Source of the DNA: the human T2T-CHM13v2.0 reference genome, Homo sapiens
Assembly: GCF_009914755.1 (NCBI RefSeq)
Contig: NC_060935.1
Length of the DNA: 64,000 nt
Strand: one strand, 5' to 3'
The notes below the pieces were generated by a model. That model searched no databases and was not told the origin of the DNA. It worked only from the letters and a program-made list of their open reading frames with translations. Positions within the stretch are counted from its first letter, which is position 1. Every line of letters starts with the position of its first letter. Of the stretch, positions 1-13,653 are shown piece after piece. The position numbers and the translations under genes are program-made.

Positions 1-151
1 GCTCAGTCCTCCTGAGAGGTGTGAGTGTCTCCCAGAATTGTCTATCTGGGGGAGGGAGGCTGGCTTGTGTACCCACCAACTCTTGACCTCATTGGTTGAG
101 AATTACCCCCACAGACATGAATTCTTCTGCATTTCTGGGCTGCCTTTCCAG

Positions 152-223
152 CTGAATGGACTCCTGTTGCCTCAGAAAAGACCTCCAGACGGAGCTGAAG
201 ACAGAGGATACTCACAGAGGAAG
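152..223 (+). other. Candidate spliced exon (72 nt), probably non-coding RNA
   Basis: Pyrimidine-rich acceptor ...ttctgggctgcctttccAG (150-151) and consensus donor AAG|GTGAGT (GT at 224-225). No recognisable protein in the one open frame. Confidence 0.35.
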
Positions 224-943
224 GTGAGTCTTAGCTCTCTTGAAATAATGCACTATAACTGCAGCTAAAATCACAGGTATGCCCATGGCATGGGAAGAGG
301 GGCACCAAAGACATCTTCTACATGTGCCCTTTCATCTTTACACATCTTATTTATGCCCTTTCCCTCAGAGCGAGTGCCAAATCAAACCCGATCATTTGAA
401 GGAAATCATCTTCACTGGCCTTGCGTAAACACCCCTGTGTCCTCAGAAGCGAATGTAAAGATTCAAAGAAAAGAATTGCTGTTAAAATGAACTCCTAGAA
501 GCATGAATAATTCAATATGTCTTCTTCAAGGTACATTTATATCACCTTAGCTTCTCAACAAAAAAGCCAGGAGAAAGAAGAAGTCAGAGTTTGTCCATGT
601 GGTGGAGGTAGGATGTGCATTTTTATTGCTTATTCACTGGCTGCAAAAGGAACTTTGAAGGCCATCTTCATAATTGATTAAGCCCACTGGTCCAGGTTGG
701 TTTCTTTTCTCTAGATGAAGTTTGGGGCCACAGGTAGCCACTGGCCATGGCTAACTTTTGCCCTCTTTCCTTCTCCCTGTGTACCTGGGCATTTACTGCA
801 GATATGAAGAAATAGATAACCTCTTTGCTGACTTCAGTGTCAGCAAGATCTCCTGCCATGAAGAGTTCCTTGCAGGCAGAGTTCCATGCTTGCTACCTCT
901 GGTGGGGGGCACACTTGAATGTCAGAGGGGCTGGAGGGCTTGA

Positions 944-1285
<342 letters not shown>

Positions 1286-1849
1286 TGAACTTTCATTGGC
1301 ATAAAATCTAGAGTTATCTGAAGTTTATGTTTTCTTTTTTTTTTTTTTTTTACAAATGGTTTCAAAGACTGCAGAAAAAATTTGCACAGCAAATAATGAC
1401 AATTCTGACATATTGAAAGTCTTGTGAGGTTCTCTGATAGACTTATCCCTCAGCTGGTGGAAGAAGCGGTGTGACTCAGAACCCAGGAGAGTGAAAGCAG
1501 AGGATTTCCAGACATATGTCTTCTGTAGAGCTAAGCTGCTGTTATGACATCAGAAATGGTCTGTAGGGAGCAGAGGAGAAACCAGGGGCAGAAACCCCAC
1601 AAAATGATAAATGAGGACAGACTTGATGGATTTCATCCTAGCATTCCCTTGGACCCAGAGCTAGCAACAGTTTCACACAGCCCCAGGCTGAAAGATGAAA
1701 ATATTTCGTGTGATCCTTTCCAGTATTTTTTGTTTCTTCTCAGTAAACAAGATTGTAATCCTTAAAGCTAGGGGCCTTCGACCTGGGCAAAACATAGCAT
1801 CTGCCTGGCCCATGATAGGTGTTCAATATTTTTTGAAAGATTGGATAGT

Positions 1850-1995
1850 ATATTACAGTGTAGAGTAAAGACAAGTGGACTGGAAGCAGGGCAAAAATAA
1901 CATAGTTCTTGCCCAAGCTCTGTGACTAATAAACTTCCCTTACTCTCAATTTGTTTGTCTGTTTGTCTGTGAAATGAAACATTAATTGATCCCCT
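1850..1995 (+). mobile_element. MIR fragment, preceded by an L2 3' end fragment at about 1790-1835
   Basis: Degenerate MIR core (ctgtgac...ctcaatttg...tctgtgaaatg). The upstream tgcctggcccatgataggtgttcaata resembles the L2 3' end. Confidence 0.55.
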
Positions 1996-2152
1996 GTAGT
2001 GAACCAAGTCCAATGCTATAAAGAATCTAGTAAAGAAATAGAAGTTTAAGAAGTAGTCTTTGTCTTCAAAAAGGATAGTAATTTTCTCAGATATTTATGA
2101 ATGGTATGGTGATGATGATCTTAGATCCTATAGTCAGTTTAACTTGGGTTCA

Positions 2153-2478
<326 letters not shown>

Positions 2479-2502
2479 GGAAATAATGGACTACCTTAAG
2501 TA

Positions 2503-3320
2503 TTTTTTTTTTTATTGTAGTAAGAACACTTACCATCAGATCTATCTGCCTAACAGGTTTTAAAGTGTATGATACATTATTGTTGACTATAGGTACAATG
2601 TTGTTTAGCATAGGGGCCCCCAATCCCTGGGCCACGGGCAGATACAGGTCCATGGCCTGTTAGGAACTGGGCCGCGCAGCAGGAGGTGAGCAGCTGGTGA
2701 GCATTACCACCTGAGTTCCTCCTCCTGTCAAATGGGCAGCAGCATTAGATTCTCATAGGAGCACGAATCCTACTGTGAACTGCATGTGTGAGGGATCTAG
2801 GTTGCATGCTTCTTATGAGAATCTAACTAATACCTGATGATCTGAAGTGGAACAGTTTCATCCCCAAATTTCCCCCTGTAGTCCCCCTCTCCACTCCATG
2901 GAAAAATTGCCTTCCGCAAAACCCATCCCTGGTGCCAAAAAGTTGTGGACCACTGGTCTAGAGCTTACTCATTGTGCATAACTGAAACTTTACGCCAGCT
3001 GATTAGAAACTCTTCATTACCCCAACCCCCAGCCTCTGCAAATTTCCCTTTTCATTTCTATAAATTTGACTATTTTGGACACCTCATGTAAGTGGAATCA
3101 TATGGTATTTGTCTCTCTGGGACTGGCTTATTTCATTTAGCATTACGTCCTCAGTCTTTATTCATGTTGTCACACATGACAGCATTTTCTTCTAATTAAG
3201 GCTGAATAGTGTATTCATTGTGTATATATACCACATTTTCTTTGTTCAGTTTTTTGATAGGAATATAGGTTGTTTTTACATTTTGGAAATAGTGCATTAA
3301 TGAACATTGGAGTGCCCAAT
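2503..3320 (-). mobile_element. L1MA/L1MB-type 3' end (L1MA9-like), interrupted by MER1B
   Basis: Poly-T, then ttattgtagtaagaacacttaccatcagatcta...aggtacaatgttg; resumes at ~2956 with ctagagcttactcattgtgcataactgaaac...ggcttatttcatttagcat. Confidence 0.85.
2611..2955 (+). mobile_element. MER1B (hAT-Charlie DNA transposon), full length
   Basis: Matches the recalled MER1B consensus: aggggcccccaatccctgggcc...ggcctgttaggaactgggccgcgcagcaggaggtgag...ggtgccaaaaagttgtggaccactg. Confidence 0.9.
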
Positions 3321-3322
3321 TT

Positions 3323-3402
3323 TTGTTGTGGAGATAAAATAAAATAATGCATCTGAAGCATACAGCAGCAGAATGTGGCACTCAATAAACATTAGCTATT
3401 AA
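3323..3402 (+). mobile_element. MIR 3' part (continuation of the MIR starting at about 2100)
   Basis: ttgttgtggagataaaataaaataatgcat...ggcactcaataaacattagctatt is a typical MIR 3' end. Confidence 0.7.
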
Positions 3403-3778
3403 TAATTAATTATGAACAAATAATTATAATAAAATCCCAGTGTAGCTGAGATGTTAGTGTATTCTGGAGTTACCGCAGAGGATGAGAAGCTGACCCCATG
3501 AATAGAGTGGGGTAAGATGTTTGCAGAAGGCTTCAGAGTTGTTTCAGATTTGGCTCATGAAGCATGAGAAAGATTTCAATGGAGACTAGGAGAGAAAAAA
3601 GCCTTCTCAGGAGGAGGGGACCAGTATTACAAATGTCAAGAAAAGGCATCATTTAGTCATTCTGTTTTGAATAGAAGATGGCTATTAATGGGGATCCTAG
3701 GGAAACTGCCCAAGTAGCACTTATACTGTAAAAATTTGTCCTTCCTACAGGAACAAATGGATGATTATTATTCTTAAG

Positions 3779-4628
<850 letters not shown>

Positions 4629-4724
4629 CTTCAGCTAAACAGGCTGTGGTTGTTATGTTTTTTCCTATATGGTATACTTAAAAGGAGAATGTGTAATATA
4701 TTACATTTCCCTACTTGAGCTTCC

Positions 4725-5023
4725 TTTTTTTTTTTTTTTGAAATGGAGTTCTGCTCTTGTCGCCTAGGCTCTGGAGTGCAATGGCACGATCTTGGCTCAC
4801 TGCAACCTCTGCCTCCTGGGTTCAAGCGATTCTCCTGCCCCAGCCTCCTGAGTAGCTGGGATTATAGGTGCCTGCTACCACACCCAGCTAATTTTTGTAT
4901 TTTTAGTAGAGAAGGGGTTTTGCCATGTTGGCCAGGCTGGTCTCGAACTCCTGACCTCAGGCAATCCGCCCACCTCAGCCTCCCAAAGTGCTGGGATTAC
5001 AGACGTAAGCCACCTCGCCTGGC
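4725..5023 (-). mobile_element. AluS (Sp/Sq-like)
   Basis: Poly-T plus reverse Alu dimer with gctcttgtcgcc and gagtgcaatggc. TSD GAGCTTCCTTT on both sides. Confidence 0.96.
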
Positions 5024-5120
5024 AGAGCTTCCTTTGTTTAAATTGCTTTTAGTATATATATTTCTTTAAGTATACAAAGAAGAATCAGTTTCTTTGACTC
5101 CCAAATATGTAAAGCAAATA

Positions 5121-5512
5121 CAGGCATACCTTGTTTTATTGCATTTTGCTTTATTGCACCTCACAGATACTGTTTTATTTATTTATTTATTTTTTACAGA
5201 TTGAAGGTTTGTTGTAACACTGTGTCGAGCAAGTCTATTGGCACCATTTTTTTCAACAGCATGTGTTCACTTTTGGCACAGAGGTGTCAGCATTTTCAGC
5301 ATTTTTTTTAGCAATAAAGCATTTTTTAATTAAAGTATGTACATTTTTTAGACATAAGGCTATTGCACACATAGTAGACTACAGTATAGTATAAACCTAA
5401 CTTTTATATGTACTGGGAAATAAAAAAGTTTTTGTGTGACTTGCTTTATTGCGATATTTTCTTTATTGCGATGGTCTGGAACCAAACCCACAATATCTCT
5501 AAGGTATGCCTG
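5121..5512 (+). mobile_element. Internally deleted Tigger1 (TcMar) retaining both ends
   Basis: TIRs CAGGCATACCTT...AAGGTATGCCTG and TA duplications at 5119-5120 and 5513-5514. Both arms match recalled Tigger1 termini. Confidence 0.92.
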
Positions 5513-5959
5513 TAAGTTAAAGGGAAGTTGGAAGAAAATTTCACCATAGGAAGTGAAAACAAATTTCAGTTTACAGGCCCATAATCTTTGCCCCAAGGAA
5601 GGTTTTTAGAGAGGCTAAAAAACAACCTTGTCTTTTGCTGGAGGGGTAGTCCACTACCCAGTTAGCAATACAAGCTAGTGAGGATTCTCACCTTATCAGT
5701 GGCACTTAGAATCATATTTAGGAGAAAATGAAGGGCTCATGAAACTCTTTAATCTGTTTGCATCTGGTGATGTGAAACTTCAGGTTCATGTCAATGAAAA
5801 CAATCAAAATAAAAGAGGGGAGTCATTTCAATTCTAGCAGATCCTAGAGTGACGGGGAAACTGGGATTATATTGTTTAGGGATGCCTAATAAAAACAATT
5901 GTGCTTTATTTCGTAGGACACACCAGCTATTAGAGGCATTTTTCAGAGCTGAGGTTTAT

Positions 5960-6230
5960 TATTATTGTTGTTATTGGGTGACTGGCTATTACTTGAGCTC
6001 TCACTGTATTTCAGGCTCTGTGCTAACTTTACATGGGTTTTCTCAGTTAGTTCTCAATAAACCTTACTATTAGGTTGGTGCAAAAGTAATTGTGGGTTTG
6101 CAATTGTTTTAATGGCAAAAACCACAATTACCTTTACACCAACCTAATATCATTAGCTCTCTCTTAACACATGAGAACGTCTTTGCTCATAGATGTTAAT
6201 GACTTGCCCAAGTTCACACTTTAACATGAA
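5960..6230 (-). mobile_element. MIR, interrupted by MADE1
   Basis: ttacttgagctctcactgtatttcaggctctgtgctaa...gttaatgacttgcccaagttcacac. Confidence 0.75.
6070..6147. mobile_element. MADE1 mariner MITE (near-palindromic)
   Basis: TTAGGTTGGTGCAAAAGTAATTG...CAATTACCTTTACACCAACCTAA, flanked by TA at 6068-6069 and 6148-6149. Confidence 0.95.
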
Positions 6231-7014
6231 GCACTTCATTCTCCTGTTTGGTTCTGGCCTAGTTTATTTTGGATAATCCTGTTTTCATGATTAGATCTAT
6301 TGTACATTGAGGACTTTTCAATTGGTAGATCAAGTCCTACTGGTGAATTCTAAAGCTTTGCCAGACAAATGTTCAAAATATTTGCCAATGATCTTGTGCA
6401 AAGACCACGATAAGAATCTTTGCCTAGATTCCTGGCTGGGAAGAAAATACAGAGGGTGCTGTCTCCTCAGATTTTTCTCTAGTCATGAATCTAGACCTTC
6501 ATCAATCATTCTTGGAGCCCTTAATATGTGCTAGATTAAGTCGAGGAGGGGAGACAGATTGGCAAACTGGCAAGTGTTGTGAAGTATTGAAGGCATAAAG
6601 AGAGGAAAGTAAAGCAAGGAAAAGGAAATAGACAATTCCCCCAGGGAGAGGGCAATGCAGAGGAACACAAGAGCTTCCTCTATCAGATGGGTATAGATTC
6701 AAGGTCATCTTTATTCCACCCTCCTTCTCTAGTGATGCTCCTCACATATGGCAAAGTTTTCTATCTTGGCTGGATATGGTCACCTCAGTCTTCTACATAA
6801 TAGAATATGATCATCTACTTTTCAAGATCACCAGAGTCTTCTGAGAAGCCATCCAGCTGCTCAAGAGATGCAATGACATCTGCTTAAAATACTGAGTATT
6901 AATTCCTATTATATTAATAATATACAGTCTTACCAATATGGTTGAGAATTGTTGGTTGATAGAATTTGCATGGTTATACACTTAGACTAAGGAATTAACA
7001 GGGTAATTTTAAAA

Positions 7015-7460
7015 GTTGTGAAGTACCTACTGTATGCCACACCACAGGTTACAATACTGATGATACAGAGATTTGTGGGACAAAATCCCTGACATCAAGC
7101 TGGTCACAGTTAACCAGGGAGACAACATATCCAGATAACTGTAATAACCTATTTTAGGTAAAATAATAGAGGTTTGTTTAGAGTTCTGTGGTTATTTCTG
7201 CCTCGATAAAATCAAGGAATTCTTCCAGAAAAAGTGACATTTAGACTAGCTCTTGAAACATGAATAGGAATTTCCAAGGTTTTCTGGAGAGAGCCCTGGG
7301 AGTCTGTTGGGGGAGGCAGCATTAGATACTGGTACAAGAGCAAAACCAGAGGGGAGGAAGGTTTGTGACAGTGTGGGAAGAAAGAGGAATGTGGTTAGGA
7401 TGTAGAGTGCACAGGCAAGTGGTAGGAGATAAAACAGAAAGGGCAGGTTGGGGATTTATT
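7015..7460 (-). mobile_element. L2 fragment
   Basis: gtacctactgtatgcca...gatacagag...ccctgacatcaagctggtcacagt...ggagaca resembles the reversed L2 3' region. Confidence 0.6.
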
Positions 7461-8693
7461 TTGAACAACTTCAAATTCCCTTTCACCTCTGATCCTTTCC
7501 CACAACTCCCTAAATCTTTAATGACCAAGATGTTTCTGCTTTCATAATTTCAGGAAACCAAATGAAGGCAATTTATCACAGCAAATCCACAATTGACAGC
7601 CCTTCCTAAAATTATTTTTTTTTAGTATCTCTGTCCTTTTCTTTTAGTAGCACTTTACTGGAATAGCTGACACCCTAACCATGGAACATCTCAGCAGAAC
7701 TGACTTTACAGAAGGTCCTCAACAACACCAGGAAGGAAGTGTTCTACCTTTGTGGAGATCTAGAATTTTGAACATTAATAATTTTAAAAATACATAAACA
7801 TTGTTTTCTTAATATTTGATGTGGTTTTCCTTCTTCAAGGAGAGCTAAGATCCTGCTAGCCTTGAACTTTTCAGCCTTGACTATTTGTTAAGTTCGGAGA
7901 GTGGAAAGAAAAATCATTGCAGGCTTTTTTTATAGAATGGAAATTTTTTTTAAATTCATCTTGATGTAGCCGAGAAAGGAGCTGAATGAAGTCCCATAAA
8001 TTTTTTTTTAAAAGAAATTCACCTTAGAGTTCAGAGGAAGTGTGGATATCTTTAGTTTGAGAAGGACTTATTTTTAAGGAGACTATGGGAAAACTTGGAA
8101 AATAGGCTTGGGGTGAATAATCTCTTTTACTTGATGTTATTCCCAAAAGGATTTCTTCCTCCCACTCTTCCCTGACCCCATCACCTTTCTCTCTCTTTCT
8201 CTCTCTGTCATCTGTAACTCTGTATCTCTTCATTTTTCCCTTTCTCTCTCTTTCTACATCGCTCCCCCTCCCATTACCACATAGGCACACACACACTTGT
8301 CTACAAACCTATAGAGCCATAGTTCAGTGAAACCTCACTTAAATAGGTGTATTCCAGAAAAGTGAGTTTTCTAGATTACAGGAAGTTCCACTTGTCACTC
8401 AGTAACTTTTATACAAAGTTTAACTGCTGTTAGTGAAAATGTTCCTAAAATGCTGGGCACACTTTTCTACCTTCTTAAATAAAGTGTGATAAATATAATT
8501 TAAACGTTATAATTTTGCCACTAAAAAGTTATTACTTTGAGACCCATCCCTAAACTCTAAGTTTTTATTTTCTTATTTTTTTTCCATCTCACTCTCTGCA
8601 ATAAAATAGCTACAGTGTTCTGGGTACCCCAAATTTCTACCCAGTCCTTCATTCAAGACCGAATTCCCTAAATTCCCAGCCTCAACTGCTATT

Positions 8694-8711
8694 TGCTGCC
8701 CCCTGCTGGCA
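8694..8711 (-). promoter_or_regulatory. CTCF-binding motif (strong)
   Basis: Minus strand TGCCAGCAGGGGGCAGCA matches the core CCASYAGRKGGCRS exactly and lies in non-repeat sequence. Confidence 0.75.
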
Positions 8712-9217
8712 TCTGGTGACAGTACCTCTCTACTTGAACTGGGGGAGGGGAGGTGTGCCCTCCTTAACCCTTTGTTGTATGCATTAATCCCTCACATTCA
8801 AATTTTGTTTTAGTTCTCGCTACAGAAAGAGAAATGTATTCTAGAAAGTATACATTAAATAATGTCACATTAATTCCCAGCAAAATCTCAAAGTGGATTA
8901 TTAAAGATGTGGTTTGTGTGCACTGAAAAAAACCTAATGATCTTGTGTGGAGCAATAGGTCTCTATATACACATGAAATATATTAACACCAATAACCTCA
9001 TCTTCTTTTAAATGAGAATTACTAACCTGTGTTAGTGAAATGCTACAGTTGTTGATTACATTGGTTTTGCATGAATTCAGATTGTTGATGGCTTTGTGAT
9101 CCCTTTCCTTTTCTTCGTAGCTTTTTCCTCGCCGCACCATCACTTCCTCCATGATGAAACTGAACTCTTGGCCAGAGCATTGTATAGGAGTATAAATACA
9201 CAGTGAACAAACCTGAG

Positions 9218-9231
9218 CCCCTAGAGGGCAA
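9218..9231 (+). promoter_or_regulatory. CTCF-like motif (weaker)
   Basis: CCCCTAGAGGGCAA has 2 mismatches to CCASYAGRKGGCRS. Confidence 0.4.
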
Positions 9232-9387
9232 AGATGGCACTTCACTTTTAAATTTTTGTGTCTCTCTCTAACATGTATATCAGTGTGTGGTATATTTGTG
9301 TCAAAATATATTGAGACTTAGTAACTAGGAGGATGATGTTGGATAAGATCCTTATATCTCTGGCCTTCATTATAATTAATTAACTGA

Positions 9388-9713
<326 letters not shown>

Positions 9714-10959
9714 TAGAGGAAGCATATCTCCAAGGACCTAAGACACTTTAAAAATCGCTGTACACAGGTATAACCTTCTCAGATATTACCGAGTAGAGCA
9801 GAACTAGTTGTACCAATTCTAAAAGCCCTCTGTTTTGAGTGATGATTTTAGAGTGATTTTTACTGATGCTTATATCCCTGTTTAGTAGTTTTACTACTTC
9901 TGTCTCCTGTTGATAAGCTGTTAGCTCTCCATTCTCACTTCTCCAGTACTAATCACCCCTCTCCCACCTCTTATTTGCTGATGCTAAACCTCTGCATCTT
10001 GGAAACCAATATTCTTATTTATGTTACATAATACTAAACAAAAATGTTTGAAATTCTGACACCCTGTAGCCCTTTGTGGTAACGTTAGGTTTGTTTCACT
10101 TCATCCTGTGGCAGACAGCATGTGGCCTTTGTGAGAACTATTCCCTCAGCCCTGTCCCCATGAAGTTCTGCTCTGTGGCTATATTTCAGACAGATGATGT
10201 CGCCAAAAATCTGATCTTTAAATGAGTTAAGGGCATTGTTACATAATCGCTGGTAGACCACCTGTGTATTTCTATTCAGAGCATAATCTACCTCCATATG
10301 TTGGCTGATATGTGAATAGATCAGTGTGTAAATCAGAGCACAAATATTTAGTGAGAATTTTCCCTCACTTTGTGTAAGCTTCTGATCATGGAGATTCAAA
10401 GAAGTGAAAGGCAGAATCCCTAGTCTCAGGAAGATGTGACACAGATAATATCACTGTTACATAAAAAAAAATAAACATTAGAAGCCACAGAACAGTTGTG
10501 TTTATCAGTCAAGTGCAGAGCTCAGAGATTCAGTACCTTGCCTTCAGAGGCTAAATAGGCTACAGTGAATTTCTTTGGTCAAAAAGCTTCTAGGGCAGTC
10601 TACTGGGTATGAAGGTTCTGACAGAGCTCTGTGACATTTTGTTAACTGAGGTATGCTGACTGTTTTTTCAGACAGGTTTTAGCTGCCATCTTGTGTCCCT
10701 TCCCTTCTTCTCTGAGAATGGCTGATCCATTACTCCTCCTTCTTTATTGCTCCAGGAAGCTTCTATCTTTCCATGCTGTAGCTTGGTGCTTGCCCCAACT
10801 ACCCTGTAGATTGTGGGCCTGTTTAGAAGTTAAAGGTGCATTTCTTCCAATCAGCTAAAAATAGACTCCTTCATGTACATTGCTCCTCCAAGAAATACGA
10901 CCTGGTGATTTTATGACCATTCAGGTTCAGCTTCCAAAATATAGATACGGAGTGAGAGG

Positions 10960-11100
10960 AAGAACATGGACTCAGTGATAGATGAACCTGGCTCTGAATT
11001 GTGCTCCCCCATTTCTTGATTGTTATACTCTTGCCAAGCTCCTGAGATTCTCTAAGCCTTAGTTTCTTCAGCTGTAAATACAGGATAACAAGGAGCTATG
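10960..11100 (+). mobile_element. MIR
   Basis: ctctaagccttagtttcttcagctgtaaatacaggataa core. Confidence 0.7.
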
Positions 11101-11614
11101 CTTCAGAGGAATAAATTTGGCAGAAATAATTATGATAGTCTAGAGGGGAATGAGAAAGTGCTGGTTGAGAGACCAGTTGAGAAATTGATCTCAGTGTACA
11201 AAAAAGTGATAAAGTGGTCTGACCAAGAGGTAGTTTTTTAAAATATAAACTGGCCTAAAAAATCCAGGGTAGATGATTGTTGTCAATTAAAAAAAACACA
11301 CACACATGATCTAGGTGCTCTTGTTGAAGGTATTGGTGGGCAAGACTGCAAAGATATGATTCTGAAACTTAATGAGGTCAGGGACTTTATGCATCTTGTT
11401 ATTCTAGTGCCTTCCATGGTGTGTGCTTCCTTATAGATAGTCATTTTATAAATGTATTTGATGAATGAAAATCATCACATTTTAGCCTTGCCACATCCTA
11501 GCTCAGTGACACCTGAGGCTGTGGCATTTGACTGGTATCCAGTGCTAATTATGCCCAAAGTAGAATCCAATATGGCTTGAAGGGCTTTATTTTATGGCAT
11601 TTTTGCAAGGCTAA

Positions 11615-11850
11615 ACTTGTGAGTCAGACAATTCTGTGTTAGTATCCTCGATTTCTTATAAACTGTACTGAATAAGTTGTTTTATTGTCCTAAGCCTCAG
11701 TTTCATCTTCTATAAAGTGAGGATAATATCATCAACCTAAATGGTGTAAAGAGTACCAACAACATATGTACAATTGTTAGCATATTACGCAGCACATAAT
11801 AATATATAAACAGTAACATTTAGCTATCTGTTATCTTTATTGTTGTTGTC
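11615..11850 (+). mobile_element. MIR
   Basis: ctaagcctcagtttcatcttctataaagtgaggataat core and MIR-like 3' end. Confidence 0.75.
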
Positions 11851-12529
11851 AGTGCAATTATATCCAATCCTCCCTAGCCATTCAGCAATGGTCAGTCTTT
11901 GCTTACAAGCTAGACCATATGAAAGAATCCAGTTCAGTGCAAAGCTCACAGTGGGTCAGTCACACACCTGGATCTTGAGAACCAGACTTAGTAAAGCCTA
12001 CATCTGAATGGGGGAGTGGCACAGTAAAGCACTACCCTTTGTTGCTTCCCTTTTACCCTCTTATCAGGACAACTAGGCAGTGACTGAATGAAAGACTTGC
12101 CTTTCCTATTAGTGCAGAGTTAATGCTGCTGGAACACAGCTCCTCCATCCACATTCCATCCATGATTCTCTGGCAAGAGTCATTGGCATTCAGGGTACAA
12201 TGTACATGCTTGCCTCCTTCACCTATATTCCAACTGCATTATTCCATAGGAATGCTATGGAAGGGACTTGGCTGTAATCATGTTTCATTTGTAGAGTGGT
12301 TATTCCAATAGATTTTAGATGAAGTAAGTTTTAAGGACTAATCTGGAAACTGTCATTACCCCCCTGCCCCAACTCCAGTCCCCTTAAATATTTCATCACT
12401 GCTCTCCAAAGCCCCATCTCACACATCATGATTTTTATGGGGACACTAAGTTCCCCAACCAACCTACAAATGGTTTCTGGAATGCAGATGGTTGGGACGT
12501 TTTCATCATTATTGTGATTGTTACGAAAG

Positions 12530-12710
12530 GAGTAGTAGTACAGAGATGTGATCGAGGGCTCCTGGCTCTGTGTTGGGCTCTGCCATTCACTTGCTTTCTG
12601 TCCTTGGAGCAGTCATATCTTCCTCTGGGACTCAGTTTGCTCATCTGTAAAAAGAGGGTTTTTTATTACATGCTCACTGAAGCCTCTTCCAGCTCTAAAG
12701 GCCTCTGATT
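12530..12710 (+). mobile_element. MIR3/MIRc
   Basis: ggctctgccattcacttgc...ctcagtttgctcatctgtaaaa...cttccagctctaa. Confidence 0.75.
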
Positions 12711-13529
12711 CAGCAAAACTCTTATTAATGAAGCTATTACAAAAGGCTTGTGTTGGATTGATTATGGTGGCCACTGCTTTCCTGGGCTGTCACAGTCCTC
12801 ACTTCTTCCTTTTCCCCTCACGTCCCTGTGGTATGTTGGCATAGGATGAGTCACTGCCGGCTGTGGCATACATCCAGAAATGGAATGCCATCCTCCTTCC
12901 TGGCACAGGGAGGGAGAAGTGCGACTTTTTATATCCCCTCCTATTGATTAATGACATCTACTTCATAAGAATTATGATTACTCTGGTCTCATCAAGCCAC
13001 TTCTAAGAATACAAATTCTATGCATTTACTGCAACCTCAGGACAAGATTGACCTCGGAAAGGCTTTGGGAACACTTTAGAAAACATCTCTTCCTCCCACT
13101 GAAAGGTTCACAACTATTGTTTTCCTCTTCTGACTCATCTTTGAATCAGTAAATTAAATATGTATAACTTGTGAAGATTTCATTTTTATTAAGGCAAGGT
13201 GCTTTGCTGAGCAATGTCAAGATTTAGAAGTGTACAGCTCTCCTTTTCTCCCTTCTCAATGATTTTATTTCCTGTAGTTTGTAGGAGGACTTTCAGAGAG
13301 CTGTTCTCTTTATCCTTCTCTGTGGCTCTGGCTCTTTTCTGTATCATAGAGAAGTTAAAAAGAGTTGATTATCATCTACTCTCCTAGGGTGGTCAAGACT
13401 TGAGGATCCAGAGGCTGTTTCTCAAGTAAGTGTTGCCTATTATGTTTTCTTGCCTTTTATGTCTTACTCTGGAATTGAGGAAGAGTCATATTTTTTCATT
13501 ATGTTGTTTGTGACATCTCTGGAATACCC

Positions 13530-13653
13530 TTTTTTGGGGGGACAGGGTCTCATTATGTTGCCCAGGTTGGTCTCCAACTCTTGGGCTCAAGTGATCCTCC
13601 TGCCTCAACCTCTTAAGTAGCTGAGACAACAGGTATGCACCATTGTGCCCAGC
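13530..13653 (-). mobile_element. FLAM (free left Alu monomer)
   Basis: Single monomer gacagggtctcattatgttgcccagg...gcaccattgtgcccagc. Confidence 0.9.

Noticed and set aside
891-905. CTCF-like CCACCAGAGGTAGCA on the minus strand
   Set aside because: It breaks the highly conserved GGC part of the core.
8934-9245. Minus-strand ORFs, one with a basic RKKLRRKGK stretch
   Set aside because: The basic run is simply the complement of a pyrimidine tract. There is no recognisable homology and the minus-strand acceptor is weak.
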